Shown piece by piece: positions 17,006-24,447 of a stretch of DNA of 24,513 nt. The notes under the pieces are model-generated. The model searched no databases. It was not told where the DNA came from and saw nothing but the letters and a program-made list of their open reading frames with translations. Made by a program: the position numbers and the translations under genes. Source of the stretch: a virus (taxonomy: Duplodnaviria; Caudoviricetes); IMG/VR virus record IMGVR_UViG_3300049828_000319, positions 1-24,513 of that record; one strand, written 5' to 3'. Within the stretch, counting starts at the first letter, position 1, and the number at the start of each line of letters is the position of its first letter.

Positions 17006-18721
17006 ATGGGTAGTTATAGTGTTTATATTTTGGAGTATCAGTCCTCGAACACAGCGGAGGAGGGAACGACAACAACCCAGATTAAAATAACCGATCACGG
17101 TCTGTCGCCGCTTGATTTTATCGTTAATGCGTCGGTACGAAGCAGCGAGGCTGCTAACTATGGCAGGGACGCAGAACGTTGCGGCCGTTTGGTTTACGAC
17201 GTCGAATTCGATGAGGATACGCTACCTCTTGAAACAGCCATATTTGGCCAGACCTCGGGTGACTCTATACGTCTATACAAATACGTTGACCGCTCAGGAT
17301 TGCTGCGCCCCGGAACGTTTAGACTTATCCGTCGTGGCGGCGGACAGAGCGAGCTCAGTTTTGAAATCGTAACAACGGCGGAGTATTTAATGCGTCCGGG
17401 TATGTACGTGAAGGTTGTGTACGACGATGGTTCTACGTTACACAAACACTTTTCTGGCGTTATTACGAGTGCAACAAGGAAACCCGCTTTTGATGGCTCG
17501 GATACAATACTGCAGTCGGTTCAATGTGACGGGATGCGCCACATTGCAACACGGCGCACAATTCGCATTGACTATCCTGCAGGGACGCTCTGCGGTGATA
17601 TTGTAAGTGATATGGTTGATGATTATTTGTTTCAAGATTTAGTTCGAAAGTCAACCATCGATAACGGTGCGGCGCTCGAGGAGGATTGGTTTAACGACGT
17701 TGTAAGCATATCTGATGTGCTCGACCAGTGCGCCACCTTATCGGGTTATGCGTGGTTTATCGATGACGATGGGCTGATGAACTTCTATCATGAGGTCACA
17801 AATGTTGACAGCGCTCCCGTAGACCTCAATGGCACAACATTTAAATTGTTTCGCAATGTGCAGCTGACCGAGGACATCAACAATTATATGAATAAGGTGT
17901 TCCTGTCTGCGGGTGTCGATGAAACGGGCAACCCCATAATTTTCGGCTCGGAAAATTTTGCAGAGTCTGCAGATATGCAATGGTTGTGTGGGGGCACCGG
18001 GGTTTATGGGCATGTTATAAGAGACACATCAATGGTTGAGTCGGATTACAAAACTGTTGAATCGGGAAGTACATCGACGGCCATAAATATAACAGCCCAC
18101 GGCCAAGAGGTCGGCGATATCGTCTGGAACTATTCACGTAACGAATACCGACAAGTTATCGAAAAGCCGTCGGCGAATCAGTTTATAGTCGATGCTTTTA
18201 GTGGGATGTCAACCCAAACTTCCGATACAGCTGAAGCCGGGACAAACACAACAACCATTGTTATGACGGCTCACGGTCTGGCTGTTGGTGATATGATTTA
18301 CAATTCTACGCGTGGCGCTTATCGCACCGTATTAAAGGTCACGGACGTAAACACAATAACAGTTGCAGCTGTGACAAGCCAAACATCGGGCGATACAATT
18401 AAGCGAGGCGGGGATATAATTGCGTTTTTTAATCAAGCCAACGACGCCCTGCAAAACGCTATCAAGAAGCAGGGTGTCTACCCCGCTACCGTAATGTTTG
18501 AAACATCAAGAGAAGATTTCAGTCCACTTACAAAGCTGCTTGTTAATTTACCGAATCTCGGCATTTCAAACGAATATTACTTGATAGAAGATGTCGAGGT
18601 TTATGATTTTGGCAGGGGTTTAAGTAATGCTTGGTGCAAGATTAAGGCAACGCGTCGCAACAATGACAATTTCAGCACTCAACGAAATTTAAACGGGTAT
18701 GATTATTGGAGGGATAGATAA
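17006..18721 (+). CDS. Putative baseplate hub / tail-tip protein with three HG-x-x-x-x-D beta repeats
   Basis: Directly after the TMP; SFEI..FSGVI..VQCDG..GDIV.D..SDVLDQ.A.LSGY.WFIDDDG pattern resembles gp27/Tal-like hubs. Confidence 0.6.
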   Translation: MGSYSVYILEYQSSNTAEEGTTTTQIKITDHGLSPLDFIVNASVRSSEAANYGRDAERCGRLVYDVEFDEDTLPLETAIFGQTSGDSIRLYKYVDRSGLLRPGTFRLIRRGGGQSELSFEIVTTAEYLMRPGMYVKVVYDDGSTLHKHFSGVITSATRKPAFDGSDTILQSVQCDGMRHIATRRTIRIDYPAGTLCGDIVSDMVDDYLFQDLVRKSTIDNGAALEEDWFNDVVSISDVLDQCATLSGYAWFIDDDGLMNFYHEVTNVDSAPVDLNGTTFKLFRNVQLTEDINNYMNKVFLSAGVDETGNPIIFGSENFAESADMQWLCGGTGVYGHVIRDTSMVESDYKTVESGSTSTAINITAHGQEVGDIVWNYSRNEYRQVIEKPSANQFIVDAFSGMSTQTSDTAEAGTNTTTIVMTAHGLAVGDMIYNSTRGAYRTVLKVTDVNTITVAAVTSQTSGDTIKRGGDIIAFFNQANDALQNAIKKQGVYPATVMFETSREDFSPLTKLLVNLPNLGISNEYYLIEDVEVYDFGRGLSNAWCKIKATRRNNDNFSTQRNLNGYDYWRDR

Positions 18722-18954
18722 TGCCGAGAGCACAAAACAGGGCGGGATATGGTTCATTATCTGGCGCAAACAACCCGCGTTTGACAATAGGTGCGGTTGC
18801 ACCTAAAAATCCCAAAGATAAGGACTTATTTGTAAACACAACAGACGAGTGCATGTATCGTTGGGACGGCAGCGCAGATCCGCAGGAGTGGGTTCTTGCG
18901 GTATCTGGAGGCTCGTCGAATGTAACTACAGAATCAGATTGGGGGCAGTTATAA
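18721..18954 (+). CDS. Small tail-tip protein with a fibre-type motif
   Basis: APKNPKDKDLFVNTT...YRWDGS...W; translationally coupled on both sides. Confidence 0.65.
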   Translation: MPRAQNRAGYGSLSGANNPRLTIGAVAPKNPKDKDLFVNTTDECMYRWDGSADPQEWVLAVSGGSSNVTTESDWGQL

Positions 18955-19262
18955 TGATAACAAAACGTTTGTATAAAGGAACACTAACGGATAGTAACGC
19001 GACGCTCTACACCGCGCCTAGCTCAACCGGAAACTATACGGTAATTAAAACGCTGACAGTTTGTAATAAATCAGCATCGGATGCGGTTGTAACCATTTCA
19101 ATTGCCGGAACGTATCTATTATATCAACAACCCATTACTGCTAAAAAAACGCTACTATTAATCGACTTAGACCACGTATTACAAGCCGAGGAGCTTATTG
19201 AGGGGCTTGCTAGTGCGGACACAACAATGGATGTATATATATCAGGTAAGGAGATCACGTGA
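18954..19262 (+). CDS. Small beta-sandwich tail protein (102 aa)
   Basis: TAATG coupling; TLYTAP...VIKTLTVCN...YISGKEI pattern common in phage fibre modules. Confidence 0.7.
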   Translation: MITKRLYKGTLTDSNATLYTAPSSTGNYTVIKTLTVCNKSASDAVVTISIAGTYLLYQQPITAKKTLLLIDLDHVLQAEELIEGLASADTTMDVYISGKEIT

Positions 19263-20071
19263 TGATGCGAGATGCGGGTTTGGGCGAATTTTTTATAGCA
19301 GACCTTTGCAGTTCTGACGGCTCCACAATGTTTATAAGAGATTACACGTTCCTATCTTCAGGGACGTTTGTCGTGCCTGCCGGTTTGTACCTTGTGAAGG
19401 TTTTTCTTGTCGGCGGCGGCGGCGGCGGCGCCAGTTTATACAACACGGGGCAGTCAACACCTAGCGGCGGCGGTGGCGGTGGCGGTGGCGGTTACACGGC
19501 AACGTATGACGTTTCTGTCACCCCGGGAGATTCGGTGTCAGTTACCGTTGGACTCGGCGGGAATGGCGGGGCGTGGGGTGGAAATGCTGGTAGTAATGGT
19601 GGTTACAGTGAGTTTTTAAACTCAAATTATAGAGCGCTTGGTGGTTATGGCGGGAAAAGCCTCACTACTTTTAATGGTGGCGACGGTGGTTCTGGTGGAG
19701 GTGCAGGCTTAGCGGGTAGTGGTACGGCTGGTAACGGCGGCTCAAATGGTGGCAATGGCCAAAACGCAAAAGGTACTGGTGGTTCGGGGCAAGGGACAAC
19801 GACTACCGCTTTTGGTTTGAATGCTGGAACTGTATATTCTGGAGGCGGCGGTGGCGGTGCATGTTACTATAACGGTGGTAGCGGCGGGTCTGGTGGGTTA
19901 TATGGTGGCGGTAACGGGGGCTACTACAGCTCCAATAGTGGAAACGGAGCTGACGCTAAAGCAAACACTGGCGGTGGCGGAGGTGGCGGTGGCGGCTGGT
20001 ACATGGACTATGCTCACGGCAAAGGTGGAAACGGTGGAAGCGGCATCGTAATCGTCAGGCCAGTATTTTAA
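19262..20071 (+). CDS. Glycine-rich tail fibre-like protein (start ATG 19262 or GTG 19259)
   Basis: FLSSGTFVVPAG...VFLVGGGGGG...VTPG..VSVTVGLGG...GGNGGSGIVIVR, the canonical glycine-rich domain pattern. Confidence 0.82.
   Translation: MMRDAGLGEFFIADLCSSDGSTMFIRDYTFLSSGTFVVPAGLYLVKVFLVGGGGGGASLYNTGQSTPSGGGGGGGGGYTATYDVSVTPGDSVSVTVGLGGNGGAWGGNAGSNGGYSEFLNSNYRALGGYGGKSLTTFNGGDGGSGGGAGLAGSGTAGNGGSNGGNGQNAKGTGGSGQGTTTTAFGLNAGTVYSGGGGGGACYYNGGSGGSGGLYGGGNGGYYSSNSGNGADAKANTGGGGGGGGGWYMDYAHGKGGNGGSGIVIVRPVF
19412..19429 (+). repeat. (GGC)6 simple repeat encoding poly-Gly
   Basis: Six perfect tandem GGC units. Confidence 0.8.
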
Positions 20072-20088
20072 GATGGAGGGTGCTTAAT

Positions 20089-20625
20089 TTGTCGACTATT
20101 TCGAAGCGTATGAGAAAAGTGGGATTAGCTGAGTTTTTCATGTCCGACTTTTGCAGTGCTGATGGTGCGCGCTTTCCTAGCGCATCTACAACCGTATATA
20201 ACGGTAGTACGGGTGTTCCTGCGACTAATGATTTTACGGTTACCAAAAACTACGGTAATACGGGAAGTGTTACTTTTAATAACTCAAATATTTATGTAGC
20301 TGTTCCCTACGGTTCTAACGTCGAGACGGGCATTGTATCAAATAATAAATTCTTGGTTACGGGTATGACCAAGTTAAAAATCAGATATAAAATAACCGCG
20401 GTCAATTATGCAACGTGGTATGCACTTTGGCTCGGCATATGTAATGTTAGTAGTGCCACGTGGCAAAACCTAGACGTAGTTAAGCAGGATACGTTAATGA
20501 ATCCAACAGCAAATGTTGAGGCTACAATGACGGTTGATATAACTGGATATTCGGGAGAGTTTTACGTTGAAACCGTGGGAACATATATCAACTATGAGAT
20601 TTACGAAATTTGGTTTGAATTATAA
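20089..20625 (+). CDS. Putative receptor-binding / tail protein
   Basis: GGAGG RBS favours TTG 20089; shares an N-terminal motif with the preceding gene; aromatic-rich beta-sandwich-like C-terminus. Confidence 0.6.
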   Translation: MSTISKRMRKVGLAEFFMSDFCSADGARFPSASTTVYNGSTGVPATNDFTVTKNYGNTGSVTFNNSNIYVAVPYGSNVETGIVSNNKFLVTGMTKLKIRYKITAVNYATWYALWLGICNVSSATWQNLDVVKQDTLMNPTANVEATMTVDITGYSGEFYVETVGTYINYEIYEIWFEL

Positions 20626-20645
20626 ACTTTGAGGAGGATAACGAC

Positions 20646-20837
20646 ATGCACGAATGTAAACAAGAGGAAAGATTGAGACTGATTGAACACAGTGAAGCCG
20701 TTATGGGTACCGAAGTTAAAAACCTAATCTCAACAATCGATAATCTGATGGGCTGGATTAGGGCACTCGTTATCGCTACGATTCCACTGATTGGAGCGGC
20801 GTTCGGCTTTTTAATCATGAGGTGGGTTGGTAAATAG
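20646..20837 (+). CDS. XhlA-family holin-like protein
   Basis: 63 aa; coiled-coil N-terminus (ERLRLIE...EVKNL...IDNL..W), one C-terminal TM helix and a basic tail; GAGGAGG RBS. Confidence 0.82.
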   Translation: MHECKQEERLRLIEHSEAVMGTEVKNLISTIDNLMGWIRALVIATIPLIGAAFGFLIMRWVGK

Positions 20838-21551
20838 CTACTGTCCACGTTGACCGATTGGCGGGGTTGTGCTATAAGTCTGCATTTTAAAACTTGGAAA
20901 TGTGCACTTTATTCCGTATTTTGAAATGTAAGAAATGTTTTCGCCAACCTCTCCGACAATGGTGATTCGTTGCCCTACTTTTAATGGTGAGCGGTCTGTT
21001 AGTGGCACTATGTACACATCTTGGCCGTCCTCCGTGGTACTTCTTTTATATGGTGTGCCTGTGTCTATTCGCATAAAAAGCGAGCCACCATCGCTATATA
21101 TTTCTTCAATCCTTCCATATTTGGATGTTAAAACTGGCGCATTTATGATTATCGTACTTGTATCGCCATCCCATAAAACGTTCATATTCATGTTTTCCGA
21201 AATGAAACGGAGCGGCACTAGCGTTCGGCCATTTATCGAAACTGCAGGCGCGTCTAAAATCACGGCCTTGTCGTTCACTTTGGCTTGTTCAGAGTTCAAA
21301 GTCAATTCTAGACGAGTTTCATCCTTCGTAGCTGTTATTTTAGATGTTGCGGGCTCCCACGATACGGTTGCACCAAGAGCTTCAAAAATTGCGCGTAAGG
21401 GCACCATCGTTCGACCGTTAATAATCTGTGGTTGCGTGTCGAATTGTAGCGGCGTGCCATTTAACAAAATTTTAAGGTCTTGTGCAAAAGTATAACAGGG
21501 TGTCAAGGCTGCTATTGCGGCAATCGCGCAAAATGTTGTTATCTTTTTCAT
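20838..21551 (-). CDS. Secreted copper-amine-oxidase N-terminal (stalk) domain protein with a probable OB-fold C-terminus; moron
   Basis: Signal peptide MKKITTFCAIAAIAALTPCYTFA; PQIINGRTMVPLRAIFEALGATVSW and INGRTLVPLRFISE motifs; AAAGGGGAG RBS; has its own promoter. Confidence 0.88.
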   Translation of the reverse strand: MKKITTFCAIAAIAALTPCYTFAQDLKILLNGTPLQFDTQPQIINGRTMVPLRAIFEALGATVSWEPATSKITATKDETRLELTLNSEQAKVNDKAVILDAPAVSINGRTLVPLRFISENMNMNVLWDGDTSTIIINAPVLTSKYGRIEEIYSDGGSLFMRIDTGTPYKRSTTEDGQDVYIVPLTDRSPLKVGQRITIVGEVGENISYISKYGIKCTFPSFKMQTYSTTPPIGQRGQ

Positions 21552-21578
21552 TTCTGCTCTCCCCTTTCTCTTATTTAC

Positions 21579-21607
21579 ATTATAACCTAACATAATAATA
21601 TTTGCAA
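21579..21607 (-). promoter_or_regulatory. sigmaA promoter of the moron
   Basis: On the - strand: TTGCAA (21607-21602), 17-bp spacer, TATAAT (21584-21579). Confidence 0.8.
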
Positions 21608-21634
21608 TTATTAACAAATCGGAGGTAAACCGAA

Positions 21635-22243
21635 ATGAAGATTGTAACAGATCAATTAATGCCAACATCCCCGCTCATCCCTCTTGAGCTGGATAAAGTT
21701 GAGTATATTATCTTGCACCACGCTGAGGCTCAGTTCGCGTCGTGGACGTCAATCAATTTGTGGCATAAACAGAACGGTTGGAGCTGCTTTGGTTACAACG
21801 AGTATATCCGCAAAGACGGCGAGGTGATAATCGGGAGGGGTGATAATATCGGAGCGCAGTGCGCCGGAATGAACAGCCGCTCTTATGGTATCTGCTGCGA
21901 GGGCAATTATGAAATTGAAACCGAAATGCCCGCGGCGCAAAAATCCGCACTCATTGAGCGCATCCGAGTGAATCGTCCACGGTTTAAAAATTTTATGAGT
22001 GTTGAACCCCACTCTAAATTTTACCCCACGGCCTGTCCGGGTGTACACTTCCCTCTGGCCGAAATTATACAAAAAAGCGAGGTGATTGATTTGAACTTGG
22101 ATCAAGCTATTAAGGTTTTAGTTGATGAAGGGATTATTAACTCCCCGGAGTTTCGTAAGAAAGTTTGCGAAGTTGTGCAATGGGAAAGTGAATTTGTTAT
22201 CAAGATTGCTGAAAAGATTCTTGAGTTAAAATCTCAAAAATAA
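21635..22243 (+). CDS. Endolysin, N-acetylmuramoyl-L-alanine amidase (Amidase_2 / T7 lysozyme-like)
   Basis: IILHH, I..WH..NGW..FGYN..I.KDG....GR, SYGICCEGN, H......ACPG Zn ligands; short C-terminal helical domain. Confidence 0.92.
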   Translation: MKIVTDQLMPTSPLIPLELDKVEYIILHHAEAQFASWTSINLWHKQNGWSCFGYNEYIRKDGEVIIGRGDNIGAQCAGMNSRSYGICCEGNYEIETEMPAAQKSALIERIRVNRPRFKNFMSVEPHSKFYPTACPGVHFPLAEIIQKSEVIDLNLDQAIKVLVDEGIINSPEFRKKVCEVVQWESEFVIKIAEKILELKSQK

Positions 22244-22248
22244 TTTTC

Positions 22249-22289
22249 AAAAATAGGCCACACCGTTTGTGCGGTGTGGCCTATTTTTT
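22249..22289. terminator. Bidirectional intrinsic terminator
   Basis: Perfect 17-bp inverted repeat AAAAATAGGCCACACCG-TTTGTG-CGGTGTGGCCTATTTTT with T-tracts on both strands. Confidence 0.92.
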
Positions 22290-22305
22290 ATGCCATAATT
22301 AAATA

Positions 22306-22327
22306 TTTGGGTCATTTTTGGGTCAAA
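22306..22327 (+). repeat. attP arm-type site, left copy (TTTGGGTCA x2)
   Basis: TTTGGGTCATTTTTGGGTCAAA, identical to 22540-22561. Confidence 0.82.
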
Positions 22328-22378
22328 ATTGAAAAAGAAGCGTTTTTCAAAAACCCTGAAAGCCGCTCTAATATTCAA

Positions 22379-22421
22379 TCGGAGTGACCTGACTTGAACA
22401 GGCGACCTCTTGCACCCCAAG
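22379..22421 (-). other. attP core: 3' half of tRNA-Pro(GGG)
   Basis: The - strand reads C-TTGGGGT-GCAAG-AGGTC-GCCTG-TTCAAGT-CAGGT-CACTCCG-A: anticodon loop (GGG), variable loop, T arm and Pro-type acceptor strand, with no 5' half. Confidence 0.88.
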
Positions 22422-22539
22422 TATCAACACGCACTAAAAAATACTTTCTAAAATCCCGAAAAATCCTTCTGACAGTAGGCAATTTCTTTCTAGGTTTACA
22501 TTCTTGTAAACGTAATAAATCAGCTTCTTTTACGAATTT

Positions 22540-22561
22540 TTTGGGTCATTTTTGGGTCAAA
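22540..22561 (+). repeat. attP arm-type site, right copy, overlapping the integrase stop codon
   Basis: Perfect 22-bp direct repeat of 22306-22327. Confidence 0.82.
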
Positions 22562-23702
22562 TAAATTTATCTGAATTTACAGGCGTATCCGGTTGCTCGG
22601 ATTCTTCAAATACCGCGTCAATGTGGGCGGCTATTTCAGCGGTGTCATCATTAATCAGGTCGCCGTAAATGTCGAGTGTTTGGGTTGATTCTTCGTGGCC
22701 GAGGACGTACTGCAGTTCCTTAAGCGTTAACTTTTTCCTCATCATGTATACAAAGGTGTGCCGCAGGCAGTGTGGCGATGCTTTTATTCCGGCTTTGGCG
22801 GCGAAACGCGCGAGCATGGTGTAATAACTGTTGGGTGGCATTGGCTTGTGGTCGTAGCTGGGGAATACTAACTCGGTGTTCTTGTTGCATTCCGCTTCGA
22901 GCATTTCTTTTTGCTTTTTTAAATATTCGGCCGCTTTATTCGATAGGGCAACCCACCGCTGCTTGGCCGACTTGGTTTGTCCTACTTTGACGCTCTCCTG
23001 CTCCCGCTCATCTTTTTTCTTTCGGGTCATGCTTAATGACTTGTCTATGTTGATCCTCTTGTTTTCCCAATCAATATCTGCCCATGTAAGTGCCAGCAGT
23101 TCCCCTCTCCGCAGTCCGGTCACTAGGTCAAAGCGCACACTCCAAATCCAGCGACTCTCACTCATCGCTTTGAATATCTTGGCCAGCTCGTCCGTCGTGA
23201 GGGTTTTCTTTGTTTTTGGTTGTTTGGTCGGGATTTCTATGTCAACGACTGGAGATTTGGGGATTACTTTATCTTTCTCTGCTTTGGCCAGAGCGATACT
23301 CATAACTTTCCGGGCGTGCTTCATCGTCCATGTGGACAATTCCTTTTCATTCATTTTTGATATAACTTCTTGGATATCGTAGCTCTTAAGGCTTGAAAGT
23401 TTTCTGTTTCCGAGAACGGGTTTGATGTGTGCTGTGTAGATGAAGTAGTATTGTTCGTATGTTGCTTCGGATTTAAGCGGTTTTACGTAAATATTGAGCC
23501 ATTTCTCGAACCACTCATCGGCTTTGTACTTCTCGGCTATTATTGGAAGGTCTGCTACTTTTTTGACCTTCTCTTGAAGCTCTTTGAATGTCCTCGCCTT
23601 GATGGAGCGCGGTTTTCCGTCGATTGTCTGCCGCCACTCGAATCTACCGTCGGCACGTTTTCGGTATGAGCCCACACCGTTTGGATTCTTTTGCCTTCCC
23701 AT
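22557..23702 (-). CDS. int: Tyrosine integrase
   Basis: GSYRKRADGRFE arm-binding N-terminus, SAM-like domain, TGLRRGELLALTW, TKS, HCLRHT, LGH, DIY; AAAAGGGGA RBS before ATG 23702. Confidence 0.96.
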   Translation of the reverse strand: MGRQKNPNGVGSYRKRADGRFEWRQTIDGKPRSIKARTFKELQEKVKKVADLPIIAEKYKADEWFEKWLNIYVKPLKSEATYEQYYFIYTAHIKPVLGNRKLSSLKSYDIQEVISKMNEKELSTWTMKHARKVMSIALAKAEKDKVIPKSPVVDIEIPTKQPKTKKTLTTDELAKIFKAMSESRWIWSVRFDLVTGLRRGELLALTWADIDWENKRINIDKSLSMTRKKKDEREQESVKVGQTKSAKQRWVALSNKAAEYLKKQKEMLEAECNKNTELVFPSYDHKPMPPNSYYTMLARFAAKAGIKASPHCLRHTFVYMMRKKLTLKELQYVLGHEESTQTLDIYGDLINDDTAEIAAHIDAVFEESEQPDTPVNSDKFI

Positions 23703-23757
23703 TTTATCACATCCCCTTTTAAAAATTTGGTACTTTTTTCGCGTTTTTGATACCATG

Positions 23758-23788
23758 AAATGTAATTAAACCCAGTTTAATTACATTT
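23758..23788. promoter_or_regulatory. Perfect 14-bp inverted repeat upstream of the integrase (operator or hairpin)
   Basis: AAATGTAATTAAAC-CCA-GTTTAATTACATTT. Confidence 0.55.
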
Positions 23789-23853
23789 TTTTACGGTTAT
23801 TGTAATTTTATTCACGAACGGCTTAAAAATCAAGCTGAACGACATAATTATTT

Positions 23854-23870
23854 TGTCGATTTTTGTCGAA
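23854..23870 (+). promoter_or_regulatory. Tandem Spo0A (0A) boxes
   Basis: TGTCGAT (6/7 match) and TGTCGAA (7/7 match to TGNCGAA) at 10-bp periodicity. Confidence 0.6.
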
Positions 23871-23891
23871 TGTTTTGTGCAAATTTACATA

Positions 23892-23920
23892 TTGCATTGT
23901 CATTTGTGTGGGTATATACT
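23892..23920 (+). promoter_or_regulatory. sigmaA promoter directed antisense into the repressor gene
   Basis: TTGCAT, 17-bp spacer, TATACT. Confidence 0.7.
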
Positions 23921-23955
23921 GCTAACAGTTTAGTTTTTATGTTTTGGAGGTTTTA

Positions 23956-24120
23956 ATGTTGTATCATATCATATTTCCAGTAGCTCTACGCGCCGTAGAA
24001 TGTATCAAAATTGGTGAAAACGTATTTATCAACCTCGCCTATTCTCAATTATCTTCTGAAGAGTTTGAATATATTCCATTAACTCTTCCGGAGCAATCCC
24101 AGCATCCTTCGCAACCTTAA
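23956..24120 (+). CDS. Small protein (54 aa, MLYHIIFPVALRAVECIKIGENVFINLAYSQ...), convergently overlapping the repressor gene
   Basis: GGAGG at 23946-23950, ATG 23956, TAA 24118-24120, upstream promoter; below the ORF track cut-off. Confidence 0.6.
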   Translation: MLYHIIFPVALRAVECIKIGENVFINLAYSQLSSEEFEYIPLTLPEQSQHPSQP

Positions 24121-24361
24121 TAACATTTTCATAACCGTGTAAATCCAGCGACCTATCGCGCTCTGTTTGCGGCAAACCTCCAAGTAAATATTCGATTGTG
24201 CAATCGAAAACTCGCGCCATGTCTAATAATGTTTGCGTGTCGATATCAAGTCGTCCAGTTTCATATTTTGAAATGTTGGATGGCGCGATGTTTATCTTTT
24301 CTGCTAGTTCGGATTGCTTTAAATTTAACTTCTTTCGTAGCTCTTTAATCCTATTCTCCAT
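24029..24361 (-). CDS. XRE/HTH_3 repressor (CI-like, 110 aa)
   Basis: NRIKELRKKLNLKQSELAEKINIAPSNISKYETG...MARVFDCTIEYLLG; GGAGG RBS before ATG 24361; next to the integrase. Confidence 0.9.
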   Translation of the reverse strand: MENRIKELRKKLNLKQSELAEKINIAPSNISKYETGRLDIDTQTLLDMARVFDCTIEYLLGGLPQTERDRSLDLHGYENVIKVAKDAGIAPEELMEYIQTLQKIIENRRG

Positions 24362-24447
24362 TTGTCTTAACCTCCACATTAATTTTACACTTTTTTCGTG
24401 TTATACGTAATATCTTATGCAAAATTAGAAATTTTTTTCTAATTCTC

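Noticed and set aside
19412-19490. Phase variation through GGC/GGT repeats
   Set aside because: Triplet repeats preserve the reading frame and are expected in glycine-rich domains.
9686-20625. Diversity-generating retroelement or invertible fibre cassette
   Set aside because: No reverse transcriptase, invertase, adenine-mismatched TR/VR pair or flanking inverted repeats were seen in the window. A remote TR cannot be excluded.
20935-21495. 186-aa + strand ORF between the holin and lysin
   Set aside because: Shadow of the - strand moron, which has the promoter, RBS, signal peptide and recognisable domain.
21551-21668. Longer 276-aa version of the moron, and the track's extended integrase (23756) and repressor (24379) starts
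   Set aside because: RBS positions and the signal peptide support starts at 21551, 23702 and 24361; the moron extension would run through its own promoter.
22379-22455. Complete tRNA-Pro gene
   Set aside because: Only the anticodon loop to acceptor 3' strand is present, with no D arm or 5' acceptor strand upstream on the - strand, so it is an att core.
22300-22561. CRISPR array or mini-array
   Set aside because: Only two 22-bp copies 234 bp apart, flanking an att core; this fits integrase arm sites.
422-23769. Numerous antisense or alternate-frame ORFs in the track (for example 422..988, 3956..4426, 6254..6691, 8058..8579, 22876..23382)
   Set aside because: They lie almost entirely within well-supported genes and lack an RBS or recognisable motifs.
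23956-24120. Small ORF as an ImmA/IrrE protease
   Set aside because: VFIN...LSSEE is only faintly reminiscent of that family; there is no HExxH motif and the ORF is far too short.
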